The notes under the pieces are model-generated. The model ran no database searches and had not been told where the DNA came from. It saw only the letters and a list, made by a program, of their open reading frames with translations. Shown here piece by piece: positions 8,886 through 17,549 of a stretch of DNA of 64,000 bases. The translations under genes were made by a program, and so were the position numbers. This stretch comes from a virus (taxonomy: Duplodnaviria > Caudoviricetes), in IMG/VR virus record IMGVR_UViG_3300014826_000005, positions 8,167-72,166 of that record. The stretch is one strand, 5' to 3'. Within the stretch, counting starts at the first letter, position 1, and each line of letters starts with the position of its first letter.

Positions 8886-10490
8886 ATGAATAATACGGAA
8901 AAATTAATCAAGAATGACATATTTTCTACAAGAAAAAAGAAAACCAAAAAGCATTCAAAAGTCTTAGTGGAGAGATTAAATTGGGATGCTATCTACTATA
9001 ATGATATCTATACAGGAATAGGATTTACAATTACTGAACCAGCAGATGTTACATTAGATGGAAATAAAAAGAAATCTCTTAACGGTCCTCAATCACCACG
9101 TTATGGTACGACTTATGAAGATGAGCAATCATTTATTGAACGTTATAGATGTGAATGTGGAGCATTTATGGGTAAACAATTTGAACATGAAATATGTCCA
9201 ATTTGTGGAACACCTGTTGAATTTAAAGATAGTAATATTAACACAACAGGTTGGATTTCATTAGGAGAAAATAAAATTATCAATCCTCTTTATTATAATC
9301 TTTTATCTAATGCTATTGGTAATACACCATTTGCTGATATTATCAGTGCAAAATTTAAGATCACTAAAGATGGTCGTAAATTAAAACCTAGAGAAGATGA
9401 ACTCGATGAAAAACCATCTTCACCATATGATGGTATTGGTATTGATAATTTTTATTATCGTTATGATGAAGTTATGGATTACTTTATAGCAAAGAAAAAG
9501 AATAAAGCTGATACCTTAACAACGTTAAAGAAAGAAAAGGCAAAAGTTTTCACTTCTCATATTCCTATTATTTCAACAATTTTAAGACCACAATCTGTAA
9601 CAAGCGACACATTCTATTTTAATAGTATTGATAAAATCATCAATACATTATGTCGATTGGCTGAAAATATTAAAGATTGTGAACCTGTTGAAAAAGATAA
9701 TCTCTACGCAAGAATTCAAACAAAAGTCAATTTAATGTGGAATACGTATTTCCAAGAAATTAATGGAAAAGAAGGTCTTATAAGAGGTACACTTTTAGGT
9801 GGATCTTTAAACTATACATCACGTAATGTCATTGTACCTTCTCCAGATTTAGCAGATGATGAAGTTGATTTATCGTATTTTATGTTCCTAGAAGTTTTCA
9901 AGTACATTATCATTTATTATGTTATGAGACTTGAAGATACAACATTATCAAAAGCGTATACATTCTGGAAAGCATCATCTACATTCAACCAAAAGATGTA
10001 TGACATTATGAGTTTAATAGTTCAAAAAGAACATGTATCGATTCTTATCAATCGAAATCCTACATTAAACTTCTACTCAATGCTTCTTATGAAAGTAAGA
10101 CGTATTAAATGTAGTGGAGACGATTATTCATTATCAGTACCATTATCTATCTTACCAGGATTAAATGCTGACTTTGATGGTGATATTATGAATATCATTG
10201 GTATGATGGATAAATCGATCACTTACATGTTTAGAAAGTTTAGTCCTGTTGAACGTATGATTATCTCTCGTGATACGGGTATGCTTAATGATTATTTTTC
10301 TATTAATAAAGATCAGTTAATTGTCTTATTATATTTCTCTATTATTGGAAAAATGGAAAATGATCAGGAAGAACTGTACCCTGTTAAAGATGATCAAACA
10401 GGAGAAGTAAAATGGGTAAGAAAAGAAGAAGTCGATCAATATACATCTGGTATTTATAAAGATGCTTATATTATTGATAACTTACATTAA
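8886..10490 (+). CDS. rpoC: Phage multisubunit RNA polymerase beta-prime subunit, N-terminal part (probably non-virion RNAP)
   Basis: Zn ribbon CECG...CPIC, NRNPTL and catalytic NADFDGD; early-type promoter upstream. Confidence 0.92.
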   Translation: MNNTEKLIKNDIFSTRKKKTKKHSKVLVERLNWDAIYYNDIYTGIGFTITEPADVTLDGNKKKSLNGPQSPRYGTTYEDEQSFIERYRCECGAFMGKQFEHEICPICGTPVEFKDSNINTTGWISLGENKIINPLYYNLLSNAIGNTPFADIISAKFKITKDGRKLKPREDELDEKPSSPYDGIGIDNFYYRYDEVMDYFIAKKKNKADTLTTLKKEKAKVFTSHIPIISTILRPQSVTSDTFYFNSIDKIINTLCRLAENIKDCEPVEKDNLYARIQTKVNLMWNTYFQEINGKEGLIRGTLLGGSLNYTSRNVIVPSPDLADDEVDLSYFMFLEVFKYIIIYYVMRLEDTTLSKAYTFWKASSTFNQKMYDIMSLIVQKEHVSILINRNPTLNFYSMLLMKVRRIKCSGDDYSLSVPLSILPGLNADFDGDIMNIIGMMDKSITYMFRKFSPVERMIISRDTGMLNDYFSINKDQLIVLLYFSIIGKMENDQEELYPVKDDQTGEVKWVRKEEVDQYTSGIYKDAYIIDNLH

Positions 10491-10554
10491 AATAATGATA
10501 GTAAGATAGTAGAAAGCTATCTTACTATACCTTTATGAAAGGAATATACTATAT

Positions 10555-10722
10555 ATGAAGATTCTATCAATTATCATGGTTGTTATTATAGGGCTATTAG
10601 CTATTTTATATACAAATGTCTTTTTCCATGCATTATGGGTAGCATTTAAAGTAACTTTAGCCTTTGTACTTATTTTTATTATTATCTTTTGTTTAGTTTA
10701 CTTATTTAATAAATACTTTAAA
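10555..10722 (+). CDS. Small membrane protein (55 aa), not in the ORF track
   Basis: AAAGGA RBS; two hydrophobic segments. Confidence 0.6.
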
Positions 10723-10752
10723 TAATATTATATTTTTGGGAGGAATATATTT

Positions 10753-10917
10753 ATGGAAAAACTTATTTTAGTACCTATTTATGCATTTATTGCATTATTT
10801 TCACAATTAGCATCAATTTTGACAATAATCATGGAAGGTTTGTTAGCAGTATTAATTATAGCATCATTTGTTATTGTCGTAAGAATTATTGTCAAAGAAA
10901 TGCATTTTAAACATTAG
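10753..10917 (+). CDS. Small membrane protein (54 aa), not in the ORF track
   Basis: GGGAGG RBS; hydrophobic. Confidence 0.6.
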   Translation: MEKLILVPIYAFIALFSQLASILTIIMEGLLAVLIIASFVIVVRIIVKEMHFKH

Positions 10918-11060
10918 AAATACATGTACAATACTATTAAGATAGATAATTGTAGAATAGGGGAGTTATCTATCTTGAATAATAATTTTTGGGGAGGGTA
11001 AGAATAAAAGAGATTCAATCTCTTTTATTCTTTTTTCCTTAATAGAAAGGATTCTCTAAA

Positions 11061-11591
11061 ATGTGCCAAGATATTTACATGTTATATTTTTTTAATGATG
11101 ATTTACCTATAAATCAATCATTTATAGCAGCAAGTGATCATTACCCTTGTATAGAAACATTACTCTATAAAAGCTTTAATGATATCATAAAAGTATTATG
11201 TAAAAAAGAAGGTTATACATTAAAAAAGTTTTCTATTGATATGAATAACCATTTATTTATTTTATTAATAGAAGATAATCATATGAATACTTATAAATTA
11301 ACAATTCCTTTTTATAATAAAAAATATCCAGAAGAGAATAAAGAGAACTATTGGTTACAAGATGAGAAGACAAACCAATTATGTATTTTAACATTATTAC
11401 ATATAAGAATGGATGATAAAGAAAAGAGTACGATTTGCTCTTATGGAAAAATAACATATCATAATAATATTATTACAATAGAAGATGATGATAGTATTAT
11501 GTATTATGATAAAGATTATTATTATCGAGATAATATTGAATACTATGATTATCATATAAAATTAGGAATAGAGAAAAGAATAAAGAAATAG
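11061..11591 (+). CDS. Hypothetical protein
   Basis: 176-aa ORF followed by a terminator. Confidence 0.7.
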   Translation: MCQDIYMLYFFNDDLPINQSFIAASDHYPCIETLLYKSFNDIIKVLCKKEGYTLKKFSIDMNNHLFILLIEDNHMNTYKLTIPFYNKKYPEENKENYWLQDEKTNQLCILTLLHIRMDDKEKSTICSYGKITYHNNIITIEDDDSIMYYDKDYYYRDNIEYYDYHIKLGIEKRIKK

Positions 11592-11639
11592 CCATTATGG
11601 CTATTTCTTATTTATCCGTATTTTGTATTGATATAATTA

Positions 11640-11649
11640 TATATTATCT
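11640..11649 (+). promoter_or_regulatory. Early-type promoter motif TATATTATCT
   Basis: Recurrent motif. Confidence 0.6.
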
Positions 11650-11684
11650 TCGTGTAAAGAGTAATAAATAAGATACAAACATCG

Positions 11685-11747
11685 TATTTAGAGTTGAGTA
11701 GGTTCGCATGAGAACCCTAATGATATATTCATTAGCTCCTCTAAATA
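11685..11747 (+). promoter_or_regulatory. Candidate three-way-junction RNA in the 5' leader
   Basis: TATTTAGAG/CTCTAAATA closing stem, GAGT/GCTC, and hairpins GGTTC/GAACC and TAATGA/TCATTA. Confidence 0.45.
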
Positions 11748-11784
11748 AGATAGTATTTTAAGTTATTACTCAAGGAGGATAAAT

Positions 11785-12084
11785 ATGAGTAAATCTAAGA
11801 TTAAAAATGTTGGTAAGGCTTCATGGATTCTTGTAAGAGAAAGCTGCAAACTCGTGGCTGTTACTGGTCAAGCGGTAGCAGCTGGTTTAGCAGCCATGTG
11901 GGTCGTCGACTCGACCTACGTAGGGCTGCAAGAAGCAGCCAATGTTAGAGGAAAGAAGGCTTGCGGCGTCAAGCCTAAATATTCTACAGAAGGGCATCTG
12001 TGGAATAAACGACAAGTTGGAGTGGTGGAGACACCATTCCAATCATTTAAACATGAGCTACCAGCTCAGAAAGGAGGAAAGTAA
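11785..12084 (+). CDS. Hypothetical protein with a central hydrophobic/Ala-rich helix
   Basis: 99 aa, AAGGAGG RBS. Confidence 0.75.
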   Translation: MSKSKIKNVGKASWILVRESCKLVAVTGQAVAAGLAAMWVVDSTYVGLQEAANVRGKKACGVKPKYSTEGHLWNKRQVGVVETPFQSFKHELPAQKGGK

Positions 12085-12085
12085 T

Positions 12086-12253
12086 ATGCTAACACTAGAA
12101 TTAACTGTATTCATGATGGCTGGTTTGGGCACTATTTTTATGAACTACGATAATGAGAAGAAGGCAACTTCTCATAAAAAAGATTCAGATGGAGACTTAG
12201 ATTCGTCTAAGTTGAAATATCCAAATGATGAAAAAGATGAGGAAGGTGAATAG
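12086..12253 (+). CDS. Small membrane-anchored protein with an acidic tail (55 aa)
   Basis: AGGAGG RBS before ATG 12086; the upstream extension in the ORF track (11942) overlaps the previous gene. Confidence 0.65.
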   Translation: MLTLELTVFMMAGLGTIFMNYDNEKKATSHKKDSDGDLDSSKLKYPNDEKDEEGE

Positions 12254-12296
12254 CCTTTCCTCATTTTTTTGTTTTTTTATTAAGCTCCCATAGAAA

Positions 12297-12308
12297 AACA
12301 CAATATTA
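12297..12308 (+). promoter_or_regulatory. Late-type promoter motif AACA-N6-TA
   Basis: AACAcaatatTA; the motif recurs before structural operons. Confidence 0.55.
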
Positions 12309-12332
12309 ATTATAAAATAAGGATGTGATAAA

Positions 12333-12614
12333 ATGAAATATTATTTTATGTTGATAAGTAAAGAAGAAGCAAAGAATCCTAGTAATCTTGGTGCAAACTA
12401 TGTTTTTAGTCATAGAGATAAATGGTGTGAAGAAAATGCAGAAGAATGGGCGAAATATTTAACTGCTGGATATGTGAAGTATGTTGACTATGCTGTTAAG
12501 GATAACAAAGCTTACTATATCTTAAAAACCTATATGGATTTAGATGTTAATGCTGTCATTCTCTTATGTCGTGAATCAGAATTTGGTTGTGACCAAAACT
12601 TCACGAATTCATAG
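12333..12614 (+). CDS. Hypothetical protein
   Basis: 93-aa ORF with RBS. Confidence 0.7.
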   Translation: MKYYFMLISKEEAKNPSNLGANYVFSHRDKWCEENAEEWAKYLTAGYVKYVDYAVKDNKAYYILKTYMDLDVNAVILLCRESEFGCDQNFTNS

Positions 12615-12635
12615 CACTATTAATATTTTTTTATT

Positions 12636-12869
12636 ATGATAAAATATACAATTAGAAACGAAGCTCTTTATAACTACAATAGTGTTGCTCATAGGGTTGT
12701 TATTTTATCAAAACAAAATAAACACATTAAGGCATGTCGTTTAATGATTGAACATGGAATCACTGCAGATATGATACAATGTAGTGATTTTATCAATAGG
12801 CTTCATTTTAGAATAACAAAATGTGTTTATTTTTTATTAATTAAAAAAAAGAAAAAAGATATGGAATAA
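12636..12869 (+). CDS. Hypothetical protein
   Basis: 77-aa ORF, weak RBS, runs into the terminator. Confidence 0.4.
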   Translation: MIKYTIRNEALYNYNSVAHRVVILSKQNKHIKACRLMIEHGITADMIQCSDFINRLHFRITKCVYFLLIKKKKKDME

Positions 12870-12888
12870 ATAATATTCCATATCTTTT
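12854..12888. terminator. Bidirectional terminator
   Basis: AAAAGATATGGAATA/TATTCCATATCTTTT between convergent genes. Confidence 0.7.
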
Positions 12889-12889
12889 A

Positions 12890-14128
12890 TTATTTATTAT
12901 AATATTGAATAGATAAAATAAAATACCAATAAATAGCTTTCTTATAATTGATACGTGAAGCTTCTCTTTTAAACTTAGTGTGAACTCCTGTTTCTTCACC
13001 CCATTTATCTAATGTGTCTTTAATAATTTTGATATTAGGGTTGTTACTATTTGTTTTTCTAAAGAGTTCAGCTGACCATGTTAAGAAACGAGAACTATTA
13101 ATATCTTCTTTATTATATTTATCAATATATAAGAACATGAATAAAATCGCTTTAATAAAATTACTGATATCACCAATATGTTTATCATTAACAATTTTTG
13201 ATAAATAGAAACGACAATCATACATACTGATACCTGTTAAATCTTTAGCCTGTTTAACACGTTTTAATTCAAGCCCATTAGCAATAATTTGGTTAATGAT
13301 ATTTTCACTAATAACTTCTACAACTGTTGTATTATTTTGGTTATCCACATCCAATTGTATTTGATCATAGGAATCTTTTGTTAAAGAAACACGTAGACCG
13401 TTACGATAATTACGAATATAGTTATCAGCAATATTTCTCATCATTGATTTTTGGTCATTACGTATTCTTTGAATAAAACGAATCGTTTCATTATCATCAC
13501 CCACAATAATAGATTCTTTTAAGAAATCATAGGAATTATGAATGGATTTAAATAATGTATTGAATAAGTTCTTTTCTTTTTTAATTAAGAATTTTTCACT
13601 TAAATTATCGATGGTGTATTGCATAACACCTTCATCCGTTTTATATCTAAAAAATAAAGCAAAGATAGAGGGATAAACGGATATAGCATAAATTGCTAAA
13701 GCTGAATTTAATCCTTTCTCATCTTTCTTAAGTGTGTAATAACGTATACAACAATAAAAGACCCAGAAAATAGGTTGACCTGTTAAAAGTTTGAAATCAG
13801 ATTTAGATCCTAAATGGGATACGATTTCTTTAACCATATCTACAACGTCATTCTTTTTAATTTTAAATAAGTGGAAATATTCTTCTTTATCAACTTCACC
13901 AAATGTAATAGGATAGACAGGTCCAGCTGTATAAAGCTTATCATTATTTTTATCAATATATGAACCGACGATTTGTTTAAATTTCCTATCTCCAACCGAT
14001 GTAGAAAGGACAGCTTCTATTTTAGGATAAAGTCTATCTCTCGTAATGGTTGTTGTCGTATTTTTTTTAGCAGCTTCACTAAAAATATCTCCAAAGCTAT
14101 CATAAAAGATAGAATCAAAAATATCCAT
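12890..14128 (-). CDS. Probable virion (head) structural protein
   Basis: 412 aa; late promoter; divergent from the portal; N-terminal IFSE-A resembles the putative maturation site. Confidence 0.5.
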   Translation of the reverse strand: MDIFDSIFYDSFGDIFSEAAKKNTTTTITRDRLYPKIEAVLSTSVGDRKFKQIVGSYIDKNNDKLYTAGPVYPITFGEVDKEEYFHLFKIKKNDVVDMVKEIVSHLGSKSDFKLLTGQPIFWVFYCCIRYYTLKKDEKGLNSALAIYAISVYPSIFALFFRYKTDEGVMQYTIDNLSEKFLIKKEKNLFNTLFKSIHNSYDFLKESIIVGDDNETIRFIQRIRNDQKSMMRNIADNYIRNYRNGLRVSLTKDSYDQIQLDVDNQNNTTVVEVISENIINQIIANGLELKRVKQAKDLTGISMYDCRFYLSKIVNDKHIGDISNFIKAILFMFLYIDKYNKEDINSSRFLTWSAELFRKTNSNNPNIKIIKDTLDKWGEETGVHTKFKREASRINYKKAIYWYFILSIQYYNK

Positions 14129-14153
14129 ACATCCACCTCCTATAAAGTGTAAT

Positions 14154-14165
14154 TAAACTAGTGTT
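14154..14165 (-). promoter_or_regulatory. Late-type promoter AACA-N6-TA
   Basis: AACActagttTA. Confidence 0.6.
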
Positions 14166-14193
14166 TTTAGGATGCATAAAAATACTAGAAAAA

Positions 14194-14205
14194 AACAAAG
14201 AATTA
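14194..14205 (+). promoter_or_regulatory. Late-type promoter AACA-N6-TA
   Basis: AACAaagaatTA. Confidence 0.6.
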
Positions 14206-14223
14206 ATCGTATAATAAGAAAGG

Positions 14224-16572
14224 ATGGTGACGCATGTGGCGAATAAAAAAGATGAAAAAGATCTTGATATAAGAAAAGACAATTCTCTACGTAAACGTCT
14301 ATCTTCTATTAACGCTCTTATTAACCAAGGAAATTTATCTCTGTATGGTACAGATAAGAAAGATAACTTAAATTCATTAGATGATAAATTCATGTCTATT
14401 TTGAATAGCTCTATTAATGATATTACCAATAGAGATGAAAATGATATTACATCATTCTTGAATAAAGTTGTTTCAAGTGAAAATAAAAGCTTTGCTGCTG
14501 ATCAAATGCTGAGTAACCAATTTATGGATATTACTGGTGATGATTATGCAACAATGCAATCTTTTATTTATGATGCTTATCGTAATAGATTATTGGAGCA
14601 ATCTGATTTACATGAGATTTCATCACAGCTTATTGAATTAAGTGAAGCAATTCTCATTACTAGAGATGCTATTGTTTCTAGTGATGTTGTTGAAGGTCGC
14701 ATGAGTCGAACATTGAAGTTTGACAATATTAGTGATGAAGATAAAAATGACTACAAATCCATAGTTGAACACATGGAGACAAAATTTAAACTACAAGAGA
14801 AAATCAAGAATTATATTATTCCTAAAACTCTTGAATATGGGGAATACTATGCTTATGTTATTCCTTATGCTAAACTCTTTAATGATTTAAATAAGAATCG
14901 TGCAACAGACCAATATGGTCGAAGAATTTATCGTGAATCTACAAATACCGTCTATGAAAGTTTTGAAGATAATAAAGGTAAATTAGATAAAAAAGAATAT
15001 GATAAATTTATTAAAGAGACTTATGAAAAATATAAAGAGAATGGTGTAAAAAAAGGTAGTTCTCAAGAATTTGTAAGTGAAGAAGTCTTTAAGAAAGATA
15101 TGACAAATATTCTTAACAACATCAGTGTTTGTAATGATAGTGTTCCTCTTCCTGTTATTGAAGAAGGTGCTGAATCATTAAGTTTTTATGCTAATCAATA
15201 TTTTACAGAAGAAGCTAAATCTAAATCTGATAGTTATAAGAATATCTTTAATCAAGTCAATAGTAATAAGAAAAAAGAAAAAGGTATCTTTGATGATCCT
15301 AATGATGTAGGAGAATTCTCTAATATTGGGGATTGTTATTTTAAATTACTTGAACCTACAACAGTTATTCCTATTAAGATTATGAATACAACTATTGGAT
15401 ATTATTATGTCCAAGAAGAAGATATTACACCTCTAGAAGGAGCTATTTCTTCTACACTTTATTTTACAAAGTTTGATGAAAATAGACGAGAAAATACAAT
15501 CATTGATGCTATTGCTTCTAAAGTTGTGAGAAGTTTTGATAAGAAATTCTTGGAAGATAATATTAAATTTAAAGAAGCTATTGTGGATTGCTTCCAATAT
15601 TATAATCTTAATGAGAAGCGTTTAAAATTCCAATTCATTCCTGCTGAATATATTCAGACATTTAAGATTGATGAAGATGCAAATGGTAATGGACAATCCA
15701 TGATTAAGAAATCATTATTCTATGCCAAATTATATCTTATGCTTTTATTATTCAAAATTATGTCTATTATTCTTTATAGTAATGACACAAAGGTGAATTA
15801 TATTAAGCAATCAGGAATTGATAAAAATGTAGCCAATAAAGTACAGGAAATTGCTAGGATTAAGCAGTCTCGACAGATCAATATTACCGATTTATTCAGT
15901 TACACTACCCTTATTAATAAGGTGGGTAATGGTAATGAAATGTATGTGCCAGTAGGAAGAAGTGGTGAACGTCCTATTGAAACAGATATTCTTCAAGGTC
16001 AGGATATTCAATTGAATTCTGATTTATTAGAAATGCTTAAAAACTCTTATATCTTAGCAACAGGTGTACCAGCTGCTATTGTTAATTATTTGAATGAAGC
16101 AGATTTTGCTAAAGTTGTAGAACAGAATAATACAAAGTTTAATGGTCGTGTTGTCAATTACCAATTAGACTTTAATAATTCTATTACTGAACTTTATCAA
16201 AAATTATTAAGATGGTCAACTAAGATTGATGAAGGCGTTATTAGTAATTTCCAATTTGCATTACAACCACCTAAAGCAACAAGTATTAATACTAAAGGTG
16301 AACTTATTGGACAATTCCAGACATTATCTGATTTCTTAGTTAATAGCTTATATGAAGATCCATCACAATCATTGGATGCTGAAGATTTACAAATGGAAAT
16401 TCGTGAATTTAGAAAACTTCTTATCGAAGATCAATTACCAATGTTGGATATGGATAAGATTAATAAGATGAAAGAAAAAGCACATCTCAATGCCAAAAAA
16501 GAACGATTGAAACCAGATGGTAAAAATGGTGACAATGGTGATGATGATGGCTTGTTAGACGATAATCTATAA
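14224..16572 (+). CDS. Portal protein
   Basis: 782 aa; LEYGEYYAY, ATGVPAAIVNY and other portal-like segments; structural context. Confidence 0.7.
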   Translation: MVTHVANKKDEKDLDIRKDNSLRKRLSSINALINQGNLSLYGTDKKDNLNSLDDKFMSILNSSINDITNRDENDITSFLNKVVSSENKSFAADQMLSNQFMDITGDDYATMQSFIYDAYRNRLLEQSDLHEISSQLIELSEAILITRDAIVSSDVVEGRMSRTLKFDNISDEDKNDYKSIVEHMETKFKLQEKIKNYIIPKTLEYGEYYAYVIPYAKLFNDLNKNRATDQYGRRIYRESTNTVYESFEDNKGKLDKKEYDKFIKETYEKYKENGVKKGSSQEFVSEEVFKKDMTNILNNISVCNDSVPLPVIEEGAESLSFYANQYFTEEAKSKSDSYKNIFNQVNSNKKKEKGIFDDPNDVGEFSNIGDCYFKLLEPTTVIPIKIMNTTIGYYYVQEEDITPLEGAISSTLYFTKFDENRRENTIIDAIASKVVRSFDKKFLEDNIKFKEAIVDCFQYYNLNEKRLKFQFIPAEYIQTFKIDEDANGNGQSMIKKSLFYAKLYLMLLLFKIMSIILYSNDTKVNYIKQSGIDKNVANKVQEIARIKQSRQINITDLFSYTTLINKVGNGNEMYVPVGRSGERPIETDILQGQDIQLNSDLLEMLKNSYILATGVPAAIVNYLNEADFAKVVEQNNTKFNGRVVNYQLDFNNSITELYQKLLRWSTKIDEGVISNFQFALQPPKATSINTKGELIGQFQTLSDFLVNSLYEDPSQSLDAEDLQMEIREFRKLLIEDQLPMLDMDKINKMKEKAHLNAKKERLKPDGKNGDNGDDDGLLDDNL

Positions 16573-16585
16573 TTTATAAAAAAAG

Positions 16586-16619
16586 AATAAGAATACGGAC
16601 ATAAATCCGTATTCTTATT
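16586..16619. terminator. Bidirectional terminator
   Basis: AATAAGAATACGGA/TCCGTATTCTTATT flanked by A and T runs. Confidence 0.8.
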
Positions 16620-16626
16620 TTATTTA

Positions 16627-17529
16627 TTAATCATAACCATTAGCTTGTGGAACACCATATGGTTCAGTGTATTCACCGCTCTTTAATAAGCCAGTCTTTC
16701 TATCATAGTATACACCAGTTTCATTTCTGATACTTGCAGTTGTAATACCAGAGTTGAAGTTCAAGCTGTTAGCGAGAATCTTATATTTATTTAATAATTC
16801 TTTGGCAATATGGTTAATCTGAATTGATTCATACTTTGTGCAAGTGAACTGAATATCAGTATCAACCAAGTCATGTTGACCGGAAGAATAGTTGAATGGG
16901 TCAATGTTGATATTTGTTGGGAATGCATTTGCTAATAAGCAAGCATATTCAACATTTTCACCAGTGTTATCTGTAGATACATAAATGAATTCAGCAGTTT
17001 GGTTAGCCTGAATACGTGCTAATCTTGTTTGGTTTTTACCAGTACCTTGACCATTGTAGTGTGTTAAACCAGTCTGAAGGTCAACCATACCATTAATCCA
17101 AGCATGAATCATCTGTCTTACAGGAGAACCTGAGAATTCATAAACCTTAATTGTAATTTGGTTTGTACCATCATTAACAGTTGAAGGGATAGCGAAAGCT
17201 TTGTTTGTATAGCCACCTTGAATAGAGTTTGTATCAAGTTCAATATCCTGTAAACCGTTAATAGATGTATTACCATATTCAATAATATGTTTTAATTTTC
17301 TAAGACCTTCAGGGTTCGTTTCTGCTAAGAATGCAGGTTTTCTTACCATGAAGATTCGACCAAAGCCTGTTCTAAGTGGATCATATGCTTGAAGAACGTC
17401 GTGAGTGACGTTTGTACCACCAAGGAACAGTGAGTATTTAGTAATATTCGCAGTAGGGTTAACATTAACATCAGTAGATGAAATATTACCACCCTTAATT
17501 CCAGATTGGATAGTAGCCTGTTCTGCCAT
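16627..17529 (-). CDS. Tail tube protein
   Basis: 300 aa directly downstream of the sheath; VYEFSGSP...WING and NAFPTNI tube-like motifs. Confidence 0.75.
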   Translation of the reverse strand: MAEQATIQSGIKGGNISSTDVNVNPTANITKYSLFLGGTNVTHDVLQAYDPLRTGFGRIFMVRKPAFLAETNPEGLRKLKHIIEYGNTSINGLQDIELDTNSIQGGYTNKAFAIPSTVNDGTNQITIKVYEFSGSPVRQMIHAWINGMVDLQTGLTHYNGQGTGKNQTRLARIQANQTAEFIYVSTDNTGENVEYACLLANAFPTNINIDPFNYSSGQHDLVDTDIQFTCTKYESIQINHIAKELLNKYKILANSLNFNSGITTASIRNETGVYYDRKTGLLKSGEYTEPYGVPQANGYD

Positions 17530-17549
17530 AATTTCTCACTCTCCTTTCT

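Noticed and set aside
11716-11723. Hammerhead core-like CTAATGA in the leader RNA
   Set aside because: G5 is A, and no stem II-GAAA follows.
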